Source: Paramicrosporidium saccamoebae KSL3
Lineage: Eukaryota > Fungi > Cryptomycota
DNA: 18,552 nucleotides
Assembly (NCBI GenBank): GCA_002794465.1
Contig: MTSL01000115.1
Span: forward strand, 2,066-20,617
Direction: 5' to 3'
Shown here: positions 1 through 10,406 of the stretch, in pieces
Numbering within the stretch: the first letter of the stretch is position 1
Layout of the letters: the number at the start of each line of letters is the position of its first letter
Position numbers and translations under genes: made by a program
Notes under the pieces: model-generated
The model's database searches: none
What the model was told of the DNA's origin: nothing
What the model saw: the letters and a program-made list of their open reading frames with translations, nothing else

Positions 1-498
1 CTACTGCCTGAAGATGCATAGTGCACCTTGGCGCCCTGACGCGTCCACATCAGCCACCTGAAATAAATATATGATGAAATTTGACTGTTAATGTAGCTGC
101 TTTATTCTAAGTTTCGAAACGGGAAAACTCGGTGTGACGTGGGGGTGAAAATCGCTATGTACAGAAGGTCGAGGCTTCCGTACTTCCGGAATTCAGAATA
201 GTGAATCACAATGAAAAAACGGCTAAAGGTGTAGACCATTTGCCGACCGTCAACTCTCCAAGAGAACTGACGGTGTCACGCGCTTGCTAGATACACTTGT
301 ACTTTACAAAGGCAACTCCATGGCCTCTTTTAGCCTAGCGAGCATTTAAGAACTGCGAGATCGGCCATACCTCCCAAATTCGTTCGCTGTTAATCCAACG
401 GCCTACTTATGGTCTCTCAAGTGACATAGTAATAACCCCAAAATGGTAGAGATGTAGATCTCGTTATAATCCATCGATTGTTTCAATTACGTCTTCTC

Positions 499-556
499 CA
501 AACTAGGAACTATCCTCAAATACCCAACCAATCAATCCTCTACATCACACTAACCA
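499..556 (+). repeat. Partial, rearranged copy of the ~200-bp dispersed repeat
   Basis: Shares the submodules caactagg-aactat, ctcaaataccca, aatcaatcctct and acatcaca with the copies at 6724-6910 (-) and 17975-18183 (+). Confidence 0.55.
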
Positions 557-575
557 ATATATCTTTATAACCTCA

Positions 576-1905
576 AAGTACGGAGTAGACTTCCGCTGGT
601 CGCCCCGGCCTCTGCGTCGATACTTTAATTGCTTCAGCAGAGGCCAGAACGGGGTCATCCTTCTCCAGGACCATGCAAGCCAAAATGTTCACCCGATGCC
701 GGACTGAGGCGCGTATCTGCTCAAAATCCCTCTGGTGGAAGCTCGGGGGAGGCCTTCTTGGACTTTGTGAAGAGGATGCGCTTGCGGTCCTCGCACCTCT
801 TGAACTGCGCTACGAGCCTCCAGATAATCGGCACAGTCCATTCCAGTGGTCCTCTGGATGCTGTCCTTATATTCGGCAGTTCTCATGACTACGTGATCCG
901 CAGCCCTACGGAGTTCTCCTTGAGCATCTCTGTGGGCCATCAAGAGCGCGTGCTGATGGAAGAGATCGACTCTTTGGGCGAGCCGAAAGATTGGTCCTTC
1001 TTCCAAGTCACTCGGAAACTTTATCAATAAGCTACCATGCCTTTCGGCAAGCCCCTCGGCGACAAACGGCGAGCCTGTTCTGTTGTGAGTCCCAGAACAA
1101 AAGCCCTGAACTCAAGACTCTGCCCTTCGCCCCGTTCGGCAATGAGCCAGGATGCCATGTCGTCCATATTCCTGTATCGTCTACCTGTAATAGGAACGAC
1201 ACCTTATCGGGTCGCTCATCTAGAATAGTGACAACGTCGCCCATGCGTGCTGTTGGCGCCCTGTCAACCCAATTGCTTGGTCAAGTACCTGCAGTAGTAT
1301 GAGACTCACCCTCTCTTTTTTGGATAAAGCGCGATACAGAATCAACCAACAAGTAGTCAGATTGCTATGCTACACGCTAGCCAATTGAGGCTGTATCGAA
1401 GAGACGGCTATTTATTCAGATAATTTGAGATTGTGGTGTAGTAGGACGACTGTCAAAGACCTCCAAGGTCCTTAACAGCTGTCCTACTATACCATAATGC
1501 TAGCTATAAACAGCAAGGCAGGTACTGATTCTGTGCCTGTTCTGGCATATTTTCAAACTGAAATTGCCTAGATATTCCGCTAGCCGAGTGATGGCTGATA
1601 TCATTGCAATCAACTTGAACATAGTCCAGACCCAGAATGCGTGGATTCTCAGAGTCCCCAACGAATGTTGTAACGACCCTCACCAAGGCCTTCCGAGCAT
1701 ATGCGGATAGAAAATCAACAACCAAAAGGGCCAACCATTGAAAAGATTAATAACAAAAGTCTGTGTATATTGATAATTCTCAAAAGGTAAAGCGGCTAGC
1801 ATCGATGCCCAATGGGATGTACCATTTGGCATGAACATGAAATTTGCCAAATATGAAAGGGTGAACAGAATCAGGCAAGAGCCATCAAATGTTTCGAGGT
1901 TAGCT
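576..1905 (+). mobile_element. Degenerate Ty3/Gypsy LTR-retrotransposon pol remnant (reverse transcriptase + RNase H), with stops and frameshifts; integrase not seen
   Basis: Gypsy pol-like motifs occur in the correct order on the + strand across frames: KLYQ*ATMPFG (1016-1048), QDAMSSIF, CIVYL[taatag]..D-(I)LIGS (1173-1214, the YLDD box), AHLE (1214-1225), QQVVRLLCYTL (1347-1379), WCSRTTVKDLQGP*QLSYY (1434-1490, cf. WPxPTTVKELxSFLGLxxYY), SVPVLAYF (1530-1553, cf. SAPVLAYP/F), QPLKRLITK (1732-1758, cf. HKPLKYLLT) and VSRL (1891-1902, cf. ADALSRL). Boundaries are approximate. Confidence 0.7.
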
Positions 1906-2199
1906 CCGTCGAATCGATTGGCTAGCAATCGCAGTTCCATCACGGTGGTTCCAGATGTCGTACTTTAGCCACGATAATGATAATGCCAGTTAGGCAGCCC
2001 AATGTAATACTCAGCCCGCCCGCAATGTTACAGAGCTAATTCAGTTTATTAGTTTCCGAATTTTGGCTCCATCAGTTAGTGATCCCATGTGACGTAATGG
2101 CACCATGTTATCCGAACCGTGACTATCCTAATTAACAAGAGTGTAAGAGGGCTTCTCAATCAATAACCCGCATCATTAACCACAGCACACTACTTTTAT

Positions 2200-3930
2200 T
2201 TATGGTACAGCTGATTTGGAATCTACAACGGGTTGTAATACAAGGAGTAATCCAGACGGGTCAACCAATGGCCTCAGGTGCAAAATGTCATGCACGGCCA
2301 TCTCCTTTGTCAAATAAATGCGGTCTCTAGTCTGTGCAGGCTTTGAGGCAAAGAACAACTCGTACTTGATACCTGGAACAGGCGCCACATCCAAGGCAGA
2401 TAGCGCCGCCCTAGACAGCTCTGCCACGCTCATGGAAGTGTTTACCAGCATCTTGATGGTTCCCTGCAGTTTGACTTCTTCTGCCGTGGGGAATGCCGAC
2501 TTGAGTTCCTTGGGTGAGATGGGAGACTTTGGCCGCTTCTCAATTGCACTGGTTGCCGCAGAGAGGGCTCCCAAGGAGCGGGTAGTCGTGCTTCCCACTG
2601 CCATCTGGACTCGGAGATAGAATGGGATGGTGGGAGCCGGTCCTTCAAGCCAGCGATTCAAGACGAATTTAAAGTGTGTCACAAAGTCAGACTCTTTGTC
2701 TCGGGTCAGCTCTTCGGCCAGACTCTGCATGAACAGTGGAGAGGCTAATCCAGTGCCACTGGGTGATGGGAGGGCGCTCTTGCAAAGGCGAATACTTTTG
2801 TCTTGTTGTTTCCGAAGTCGTCGGGAGAGACGGGAAATTGACTTGTCAGTTGCTTCAGCATATTGTCCCTCCAACAGAGTAGCCCGTTTAGCCAATTCGA
2901 TCACAGTAGCCAAGGAATAGTTAGCGGCCACATGAAGAATCTCATGAGAGTCATAGTGGACAACAGAGAGCATGTAGTCGAAACCATCCCCAATCACACC
3001 AAACTTGTCACACGCCTTGTCGGCAACCTCTGCCATTGATGCATCCTCATCAACAAGAATAGTCTTGTAGCCATTCACAGCAGTGAAATTTCCAGCATAA
3101 ATGCGGAGCAGTTGAGCGTTTAGCATAGCAATGTCGGCTCCATCAGATCTTCCTCGCCAAAACTTTGCCATCATGTTTTTGAGCTTACTGGGCTTGACAC
3201 TGGCTCTTTTCCTGGTATCCCGATTAGGCTCCATCTGTGGAATGAGGGCTTCTTCAAGACCCTGTCGTTCAAGACTGCGCTCAGTCTCTATAGGCTTTCC
3301 GAATTCACGCTGGAGCAGCTCATCAACGACTGGATCGACATTGTGGTCATAATATCCACTCCCCACAGGAGACTGGTCGCCTATACGCACTTGGTCTAAT
3401 TGTCGGTTCATGTCAAACTCTTCAGAGCTGTCCGAGTCTTCAGGGGGAAAGAGATGTTCCACTGGCTTGGTTTCGGAGAAGGAGACTGTCTTTTTGTGGC
3501 TGCGCAGAGCGGGCGCTGATCGCAGATTAACCGGCTTTTTGGCAAATCCGGAGCGGCTCCATGGCTTTTCTGGGGCATCATCAGAAACTAGCGATTCGGT
3601 GGACTGGTTCAATCCAAGTCCCCTGGGGAAATCGGTTGCTCTGATGCGTGTGAGTTCCAAGTTGCGCTGTCGATTAATCTTGGCTTCGTGCTCATCGGGT
3701 GTCTCTACAATGTCTGATGGAATATATCCCGTCTGTCCCGACTGCAGTTCCCGCACCAACCACCAATGCCGGTCACTCTCACTAATGGACTCTACGACGT
3801 CATCTACAAAAACTGACAGTTGGGATTCCATCGTGGCATAAAAGTCTCGTGCAATATGGAGTAGTCTCTGGTCCCTTCGAGGGGTGCAAACATTTGGCGG
3901 ATTAATCGAGGTATTGCTGGTATACGACAT
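2200..3930 (-). CDS. Tea4/Bud14-like cell-polarity protein (SH3 domain, RVxF PP1-binding motif, Ras-association-like domain)
   Basis: SH3 with the family-typical extension HWWLVRELQSGQTGYIPSDIVETPDEHEAKINRQRNLEL; KKTVSF matches RVxF; LLRIYAGNF..GYKTILVDEDASMAEV..KACDKFG is RA-like. First in-frame ATG is at 3930; the track's TTG at 3960 is unlikely to be used; an upstream exon is not excluded. Confidence 0.8.
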   Translation of the reverse strand: MSYTSNTSINPPNVCTPRRDQRLLHIARDFYATMESQLSVFVDDVVESISESDRHWWLVRELQSGQTGYIPSDIVETPDEHEAKINRQRNLELTRIRATDFPRGLGLNQSTESLVSDDAPEKPWSRSGFAKKPVNLRSAPALRSHKKTVSFSETKPVEHLFPPEDSDSSEEFDMNRQLDQVRIGDQSPVGSGYYDHNVDPVVDELLQREFGKPIETERSLERQGLEEALIPQMEPNRDTRKRASVKPSKLKNMMAKFWRGRSDGADIAMLNAQLLRIYAGNFTAVNGYKTILVDEDASMAEVADKACDKFGVIGDGFDYMLSVVHYDSHEILHVAANYSLATVIELAKRATLLEGQYAEATDKSISRLSRRLRKQQDKSIRLCKSALPSPSGTGLASPLFMQSLAEELTRDKESDFVTHFKFVLNRWLEGPAPTIPFYLRVQMAVGSTTTRSLGALSAATSAIEKRPKSPISPKELKSAFPTAEEVKLQGTIKMLVNTSMSVAELSRAALSALDVAPVPGIKYELFFASKPAQTRDRIYLTKEMAVHDILHLRPLVDPSGLLLVLQPVVDSKSAVP

Positions 3931-4119
3931 TTCCGTCCTGTGATTATCCGTATGTGACAAGGGGGCGTCTTATATCCAACTCCATTCCTGATTGGATTAC
4001 CCCTACTTATAAGTCTATTTTAGTCATAGTGTTACTATTGGCAGTTGGTGGGGGGGGAGTCTATATGTGATAGGGCGATAGGGAGAATTTGATTCGTCAA
4101 ATGGGCAAGATTCAGAGTA

Positions 4120-4207
4120 GATTTGTCCATGGTTTGGCTACGATTTGCCCATGATTTGTCCACGGTTTGTCTGCGTTTTGGCCATGGTTTGGCCACGATT
4201 TGTCCAT
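4120..4207. repeat. Degenerate 11-bp minisatellite, 8 units, consensus G(A/G)TTTG(T/G)CCA(T/C)
   Basis: gatttgtccat ggtttggctac gatttgcccat gatttgtccac ggtttgtctgc gttttggccat ggtttggccac gatttgtccat. Confidence 0.85.
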
Positions 4208-4278
4208 GAATTGATCAGTGACGAGTTCTTTCATATTTTACGCTCCTCCTATGTGGCAAGACTCATTTATTGGTTTGT

Positions 4279-5668
4279 TTATTCGTTCATTGAAAAGTGG
4301 GACCAACTGTATTTTACAAAACGGTGCTCGTAAATATCCTCTAGTCGGATTCGACTCATCGGGTTCTTCTGTAGCATCTTGGTGATGAGATCGTAGATTC
4401 CATGTGGATCGTCGCGAGGAAGCTCCAAGTGAGTGTGCAGGATTGCATCGGTCGAGCTAAATGGACTCTTCTTGAACACCATCGTGTATAACAACACTCC
4501 CAGAGACCAGACTTCGGCCTCAGTTGGTCGGTACCGCACCCCTCGGATGATTTCTGGAGCTGCAAAGGCCAGGGTTCCATTAAACTTTTCAAAATATCCT
4601 TCTAGCTTTACCGAAGCTTCAGAATGTTTCAGAGATGGCACAAAACTTGCGGACCCAAAATCAATTAGCTTCACCTTGTAGTCTTCGTTGACCACAATAT
4701 TTTCATCCTTCAAGTCGCGATGCACAATTCCAATGTGATAAAGGTAAACGACGACATTGAGCAATTGACAAAAGATTTTGTGAATTGTTCCATCAGGAAG
4801 CTTAGTGTGCGCCTCGATGCATTCAAAAAGATCGCAAGGAGACCTCCTGGTCACTCCCGGAACCCCTACAGTGTCCTTGGAATTTGAATGGGTTAGCTGT
4901 AGCAATTGGCCAGGCGGACGGAGCCCGAGATTCCTCGTCGGATTTAAAAGTGGGTTGGGCCACGTCCAGCTAGTGCCATGTAGTTCTGTGACCAAATACA
5001 CAAATCTGGCATCCGAGTAATAGTCCAAAAATCGGACGACATTGGGATGTGTAGACACTTTCAGCACATGGACTTCAAGCGGCACAAGCCCGAGGTCTCC
5101 ATTAAAGATCCAGTTGCTTGCTGGCACCTTTTCCCTTAGAATAAACTTGACGGCCACCTAAGATAATTACCAGCCGTTCTCATGATAGTACCTCATCCTG
5201 ATCCTCTAAATGCTCCGCAACCCAAACAAAGCCAAATGATCCCTCTCCCAGCAATTGCTTCAGCTTGTATTTTGTCGAGAATCCGACATCAAAGTCGTAC
5301 CTCCCCTGAAGCATGCGACTCTGGTCGTGTTTCCACAAGTCTGAGGGCTTTGCCGGCTTTACTGTTGGCGTCTTGCTACCGACGGTCGAGATTGTGCTGA
5401 GAGGAATTTCATCTTTGGATTTGCTAGAGGCAAGGAACTTGGTCCATTTTGATTGTGTGGGTGGATGCTGAAATTGTGCTGGGTCTTCTCCGTGGAAGGG
5501 AATGTGGTTCGGGGTGGCCAGGACGGATGTTGGCACCGGCGTCGTCTCCACACTCGATTCCTTTCGCTTCCGGAACAAGTTGCGAAACTTTTTTGTGAGG
5601 GAATCGATTGCTTTTGTAAAGTGATTAGTCATTGAATGGCAGTCAGAATCTTCTTGGCAGCACACCAT
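4279..5668 (-). CDS. Ser/Thr protein kinase, PAS-kinase/PIM-like (CAMK group); 2 exons, intron 5158-5191
   Basis: LGEGSFG, VAVK (formed by the phase-0 splice of a 34-nt GTACTA...TTAG intron), HRDLKDEN (PASK/PIM-type signature), DFG, GTLAFAAPE and WSLGVLLY. Start uncertain (ATG 5668 or 5632). No PAS domain is visible. Confidence 0.88.
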
Positions 5669-5876
5669 GCCTTCTCCGTCACTGGCGGATGCGATGTAAA
5701 CATTACCCGATTGGGAAATAGCCAAATATTTCTTTGTTAATGTGTTAGTGTGTTAGTGTGCTGGGGAGTCGGTGTGTTGTATCGGCTTACTAATGTGTTA
5801 GCGTATAGATGTATCGCTGCTATCGCTTAATTTTTAATTTGCTGTCATCCCACCACCAGCCTACTGTTGCCTCGCT

Positions 5877-6405
5877 TTATTTTGCTACTGCGCTCTCCAG
5901 TGCCCTCTTTTCCTCCATCAATAACTCTTCAATAATTGATGAGGGGGGGACAGTTGCAGAGTCGAGAAACTGTTCTTGAGCTACACGGTCCTGGATCTCT
6001 CTGGTAATTTTCATCTTGCGATACTCTTGTAGTGCCAAATCATAGGCCTTGTCAGTGGGAACTCCCTCGTCCATTAGTTGACACTGTCGCTCAAATAAAC
6101 TATCGATTTAAAGGCGTGGCATTGACGGCTTACTAATCGGCGTCAGTTCGAGTGGCACGCTCATCCAAGGTGGTGGGCCGAAAAGTTTCCAATGGGTGGT
6201 CCCTGAAAAAGCGTTGTCGGAATGCATCTTCTTTGTATTCGATGCGCGGGGGTTTTGGGACCCCGCCGCGTTTGGTGCGCTTCACATAGTCGGGCTGGCT
6301 GAATGTGACAGGAGGAAAGTGCTGTATGGTGTCGAGCCAGAGCGGCCTCGCCTTGCCCATTTGCATTTGTCCCAGAGCCCGACGTACAATGTCAGGACCC
6401 TTCAT
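5877..6405 (-). CDS. RSM25: Mitochondrial small-subunit ribosomal protein mS23 (Rsm25); 2 exons, intron 6100-6133
   Basis: PLWLDTIQHFPP, KPPRIEYKEDAFRQRFFRDHPLETFRP and the C-terminal EGVPTDKAYDLALQEY..R..EIQDRVAQEQ resemble the fungal Rsm25 blocks. A 34-nt GTAAGC...ATAG intron joins the two track ORFs (..DY|LFERQCQLMDEG). Start inferred at ATG 6405 (MKGPDIVRR). Confidence 0.85.
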
Positions 6406-6723
6406 TCCGTCAACCCAGGGTAGAGTACAATTGTCGTGTATAGGTCCACTACACCAAATGTAGCTTTGCATTTTATTCATAGCCAAGTTATGTACTGAAT
6501 GTCCGGTGAATGGCTAGTGGCTCTATAGAAAGAGGGCCACCGTACCATTCCCAGACTTTAGTCATTCTATGACCGTGTGTAGAGGCGAGACTTGGAAGAG
6601 CAAGACACGCCAACAGTAATACAGCCAACGAGAACAAATTTGTATGCCCTGGTAGCCGAATTTATAGTTGCGGAAAGTGAGAGTTGTGCACAACTTGATG
6701 TCTCTAAAATAATTGCTTTTTAT

Positions 6724-6910
6724 TGCTAATGCTGTAATCCTGTGACGCAGACGCAGACGCAGACGTAGTGGCAGAGGCAGAGGATTGATTAGTTGGCTAT
6801 GTGATGTAGAGGGTTGATTACCATATTCTTTAGAAATAGTTCCCTAGTTGCTGGGTATTTGAGGACAGTGAGATGTGTATCCATACTATTTATCCCCACT
6901 ACGCGACAAT
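6724..6910 (-). repeat. Dispersed ~190-bp repeat, copy homologous to 17975-18183 in inverted orientation; contains short (GCAGAC)n/(GCAGAG)n runs
   Basis: The reverse complement shares attgtcgcgtagt, aatagtatggatacacatctcactgt.ct.aaataccca and ccaactaatcaatcctctgc...cgtcacaggattacagcattagca with 17975-18183. Confidence 0.85.
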
Positions 6911-6991
6911 CCAACCCATAACGACGCTACACGTTTTAATAAAACAATCCCGCTCGCCAACATTGTCATCAGATCGTCCTACCAAATTGAA

Positions 6992-7798
6992 TCATATGTG
7001 TATTGACTCTGAAATTCCACTATCGCTAGACTGTTTAACACCACAGAGTCGTTTTGTCAAAAATCGTCCTAGCAAATGTCCATACTTGATAGCTTCGATA
7101 ATTTCAGATCGTGAGGAAGATAACTTGCCAATAAATGCCTCAGTGCCTTCTGTGTATTTTGTCGCCAGCGCGAGGAGATTTAAATACGATCCACGCTCAA
7201 GCTCATCGTCAGATTCGTTGACAAGAGAGTTTAAAAAATCTACAAGTTGCAGCATGCAAAGGTTCTCATTGTGGCAGGACTCTATAGTCTTCATCAAAGA
7301 ATCCTTGACGGAAGCCAATGCCAATGCGGCCAGCCCGCTCTTTACAGCACTATTCCCCCCAGCATCAGCCAACCGTTCTGGGCCATGAAGGGCACGCTGT
7401 ATTTCTCTTTCACTTCCAAACTGACTCCAGTACGCGTGTAACAGGCGGATTTCCATTGGGCTCAGTCCAGCAGTGGAGGTGTGGCTGTGGTAATGTTGCC
7501 ATGTCACAAATGACTTTTCCACTTCCTATCACAGTTGGTGAAAATGGCACTCAAACTGTACCTCAAACTCATCCTCCTCAAGAGTAGCCGTGTGTAGGAC
7601 AGGTTTTAGGGAACGTTGCAGTTTGGGCAAGTCTTCAAGCGGCAACTTGTGTCCCCTATTATCACTCTGTGCCAGCTCCGCCCTTTCCTCAATGGCAGCA
7701 AAGACTGCTTGGATAGGAGGTCTGCACTCTGTATTTTTAGTCTCGGCAAGAGTTGTTTCCTCAGGATGGTATCCTGGAGCCGACAGTGGTCGGTTCAT
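6992..7798 (-). CDS. Hypothetical protein (~256 aa, predicted helical); 2 exons, intron 7526-7561
   Basis: Two track ORFs join in frame (..EDEFE|EVEKSF..) through a 36-nt GTACAG...ATAG intron that contains a stop codon. No family recognised. Confidence 0.7.
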
Positions 7799-8187
7799 TA
7801 ATTATTTACCCTTTGGCAAGATGGCACGTTATGTGTGGTGTGGCAGGTCAAGAAGGAAGCGAATTGCCTATTATCCACCCAACGACATATCAATAATCTT
7901 TCCATTCCTCGACGCTTCTTTTCATATTTAGACAAACACCCAGCGCCTAGCGCCCAGCTCCCGGCACACAACTAGGTATTGCAGTACGTCACAAATTTAC
8001 TACATTGCATGTTTACGGATACTGCTTAACAGAGCCTGTTAATATTTGATTAAAAAACGTAGCCCTTTGAAAGACAACCACACATTTTACTAAAACAAAT
8101 CCCTCTACTACCAACAGGGTCTATACTACAATTCTCACGCGTACCTCCCTGGATCATGTGCTTTGCCAGGGTATTCGATTTTCTGTT

Positions 8188-8691
8188 ATGCATCGCCTTG
8201 CTCGCTCGTTAGTCTTCTTGCTTAGTTTACTACAAGTCATGGATGCTTGCAGGATCGGCATAGTGCATGGCGTTCCCGAATATTCTAGTTTGACCATCTC
8301 TTCTGGCTTTTTTATGGCAAGCCTCCCAAACGACCCCACCAACTATGCTGTTATCACGTTCAAGGACCAGCATCTGCTAGAGTGTATCACCAAGGGCAAC
8401 GCACATTTCAAAGTGCTAAGAAATGACGATATTGTGCACTCCTCATTCTATCAAGCTGATAGTTACTTTCCTGTGATTCCTGGTGACCAAGTCAAAGTTT
8501 TGTTGACTACATTCCCTTGTGATGCTGATCGAGCAAACCATCTTTTTGATACAATGTATCCAGAAGATGGATACGATATCTTCGAGTTCAGAATCGAAGC
8601 TCTTGAGCTACCCAGATTTACAATCAAAGAGGTAGTAGCCCAACTGTCCCCAAAGAGACACCCGAAGCGGGATATGGTCAATGAGGCTTAG
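8188..8691 (+). CDS. Hypothetical secreted protein (167 aa)
   Basis: First ATG at 8188 gives MHRLARSLVFLLSLLQVMDA-C, a typical signal peptide; AATAAA follows the stop (8698). No family recognised. Confidence 0.65.
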   Translation: MHRLARSLVFLLSLLQVMDACRIGIVHGVPEYSSLTISSGFFMASLPNDPTNYAVITFKDQHLLECITKGNAHFKVLRNDDIVHSSFYQADSYFPVIPGDQVKVLLTTFPCDADRANHLFDTMYPEDGYDIFEFRIEALELPRFTIKEVVAQLSPKRHPKRDMVNEA

Positions 8692-8739
8692 AATTTTAAT
8701 AAAGAAAAATTAGCTACATTTTATAAACTTTTAGTTTGG

Positions 8740-9926
8740 ATGCACGCCAAAACAGCCGTCCATCTCTCTTCTTTGCAGAGAATGGCTCAAAGTCTATATT
8801 CCACAATAAGAGATCTGCCGTTTAAAATGAGCGGCTCTTGCAACGCCTTGGTCTATCATGAACACGGTCTCCCCACAGAACAACGTAACCAAAAAATAGC
8901 ACTAACGGTGTAGTCTGTGCCGAAACTGGCTTTCTGATGCAGAGGGAAGGAATTGACCGCACAAGTAATCGCCTTGTGTGGATAAAAATGCTGGCAGCAC
9001 CGGTGAACCCTGCAGATTTGAACCAAATTCAGGGCGTCTATCCTCTCGAAGCGGCAGGTCCAACGCGAGTTGGGGGGAATGAAGGTGTTGGAGTTGTGGT
9101 AGCCACCTCAGGAGAGAGTCTACTGAAGGCAGGAGACTGGGTGGTGCCCCGACGTGGTGCGTTTGGGACTTGGCGTGAACAAGTAGTCTGTCTCGATGAC
9201 GATGTGCAAGTCGTTTCCCAGAATTTACCGCTCTCTGCAGCCGCCACTTTTATCGTGAATCCACCCACTGCCTACCGTCTTCTTCACGATTTTGCACAGC
9301 TACAAAAGGGCGACGTCATTGTTCAAAACGGTGCTAATAGTGCCGTCGGACGATATACCATCCAGATGGCAAAGAAGATGGGCATCAAAACGGTCAATAT
9401 CATCCGGGACCGTCCTCACTATGAGGCTCTTGAAAAGGAGCTGTATGAGCTCGGTGCCACCATGGTAGTCAAAAGCACCGAATTCTCCAAACAAGAGACA
9501 CAGGATTACATCACGCGGGTCGTGGGAGGCCAACCAATCCTTGGCTTCAACTGTATCGGTGGTATTGCCACCACCGAAATGTCTCGATTTCTCTCTGAAG
9601 GCTCCACACTTGTTACTTATGGAGGAATGGCTGGCAAAAATCCCGTCATATCCACTTCATCTTTAATCTTCCGTGACATTCGGTACGCAGGCTTCTGGAT
9701 GAGCCGATGGTATCAGCAGGCAAATTCAAATCGAGAAAAAGACGCCGAACGGGGAAAAATGTTTACAGAAATTACAGAAATGTTTGCAAGCGGTGACTTG
9801 AAGCCACCAAACGTAAAGCAGTTTGATTTTAAACAAAACTGGAAAGAAGCTATTGAAATGTATACTAATCCAGATTCACAAGCCAGATCGAGTGACGCAA
9901 AGCCCCTTCTTATTATCAATAAATAA
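8740..9926 (+). CDS. ETR1: Mitochondrial trans-2-enoyl-ACP reductase (Etr1/MECR, MDR superfamily); 2 exons, intron 8885-8913
   Basis: KMLAAPVNPADLNQIQGVYP, VGGNEGVG, NPPTAYRLL, QNGANSAVG and TYGGM motifs. A 29-nt intron GTAACC...ACTAAC...GTAG adds the upstream ALVYHEHGLP motif and a presequence-like N-terminus MHAKTAVHLSSLQRMAQSLYSTIR. Confidence 0.92.
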
Positions 9927-10097
9927 CCCGCGAGTGTACAGTTGTGATATAGAGAATTGATTAGCTGAGTAGCTGAAGATGGTGAGATCTGTATCTGTAC
10001 CATTACGGCCCTATGAGTAAGAAAATTCCCTCCCCCGCTACGCAGCGCAATAATTTTTTAAAAAATCTTGACTATAAGCCTCACACCCAATCGTTGT

Positions 10098-10171
10098 GCT
10101 TCCGTGGCGCAACCGGTTAGCGCGTACGACTGTTAATCGTAAGGTTGGTGGTTCGAGCCCACCCGGGAGCG
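10098..10171 (+). tRNA. tRNA-Asn (anticodon GTT)
   Basis: Acceptor GCTTCCG/CGGGAGC; anticodon arm TACGA-CTGTTAA-TCGTA; T arm GGTGG-TTCGAGC-CCACC; followed by TTTT. Confidence 0.96.
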
Positions 10172-10180
10172 GACATTTTC

Positions 10181-10252
10181 GGCTCTTTGGCTTAGCGGTA
10201 AAGCGTCGCTCTCGTAAAGCGAAGATCCAGGGTTCGATTCCCTGAAGGGCCT
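10181..10252 (+). tRNA. tRNA-Thr (anticodon CGT)
   Basis: Acceptor GGCTCTT/AAGGGCC; anticodon arm TCGCT-CTCGTAA-AGCGA; T arm CAGGG-TTCGATT-CCCTG; discriminator T; followed by TTTT. Confidence 0.95.
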
Positions 10253-10406
10253 CTCTTTTGAGTGTTAGGGAAGATTTGACTCGTAAATGCGTTGTGTAGA
10301 GTAGCAAGAATCTCTGGTTGGGGAGGGCTTGATCGGTTTATACTTTCTTAAACCCCGTTATAAAGGTGCCGCAGAATTTAAAAAACTAGCTTGCGCATAA
10401 CAATAG

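Noticed and set aside
138-290. Short + frame with LPEFRIVNHNEKTAKGVDHL, reminiscent of the RNase H end motif (EFDIxxxxGxxNxxADHLSR)
   Set aside because: A single weak motif, out of order relative to the pol relic; cannot be supported alone.
120-345. Possible nuclear RNase P/MRP-like RNA: GAAAACTCGGTG fits CR-I (GNAANNUCNGNG), with stems gtgac/gtcac, accgtca/tgacggt and gcttgctag/ctagcgagc
   Set aside because: No CR-V partner for P4, no CR-II/CR-III/P12 region and no convincing P1-P3. Stems of this size are expected by chance. An Infernal cmscan (RNaseP_nuc, RNase_MRP) would settle it.
28-1263. TTGGCGCCCTG at 28-38 and 1253-1263, resembling a tRNA-Lys primer-binding site or LTR pair
   Set aside because: Only an 11-nt match with no flanking similarity, and the second copy lies inside the RT region. 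Compatible with chance.
689-1943. Minus-strand track ORFs (689-1027, 1032-1244, 1504-1734, 1680-1943) as a multi-exon gene
   Set aside because: No consistent splice path or recognisable protein. Better explained as antisense shadows of the + strand Gypsy relic.
5741-5800. TGTGTTAG mini-repeats and a possible 30-nt GTAAGC...CCAG intron (5761-5790, -) upstream of the kinase
   Set aside because: It does not extend the coding frame (in-frame stop downstream). At most a 5'UTR intron that cannot be tested here.
6520-6605. Short matches (ttgctctt, ggccctct..tctata on the minus strand) to 17872-17932, suggesting a longer repeat
   Set aside because: The matches are short and lie on the opposite side of the repeat in the two copies.
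10038-10307. 89-aa minus-strand ORF
   Set aside because: It is the antisense reading of the two tRNA genes.
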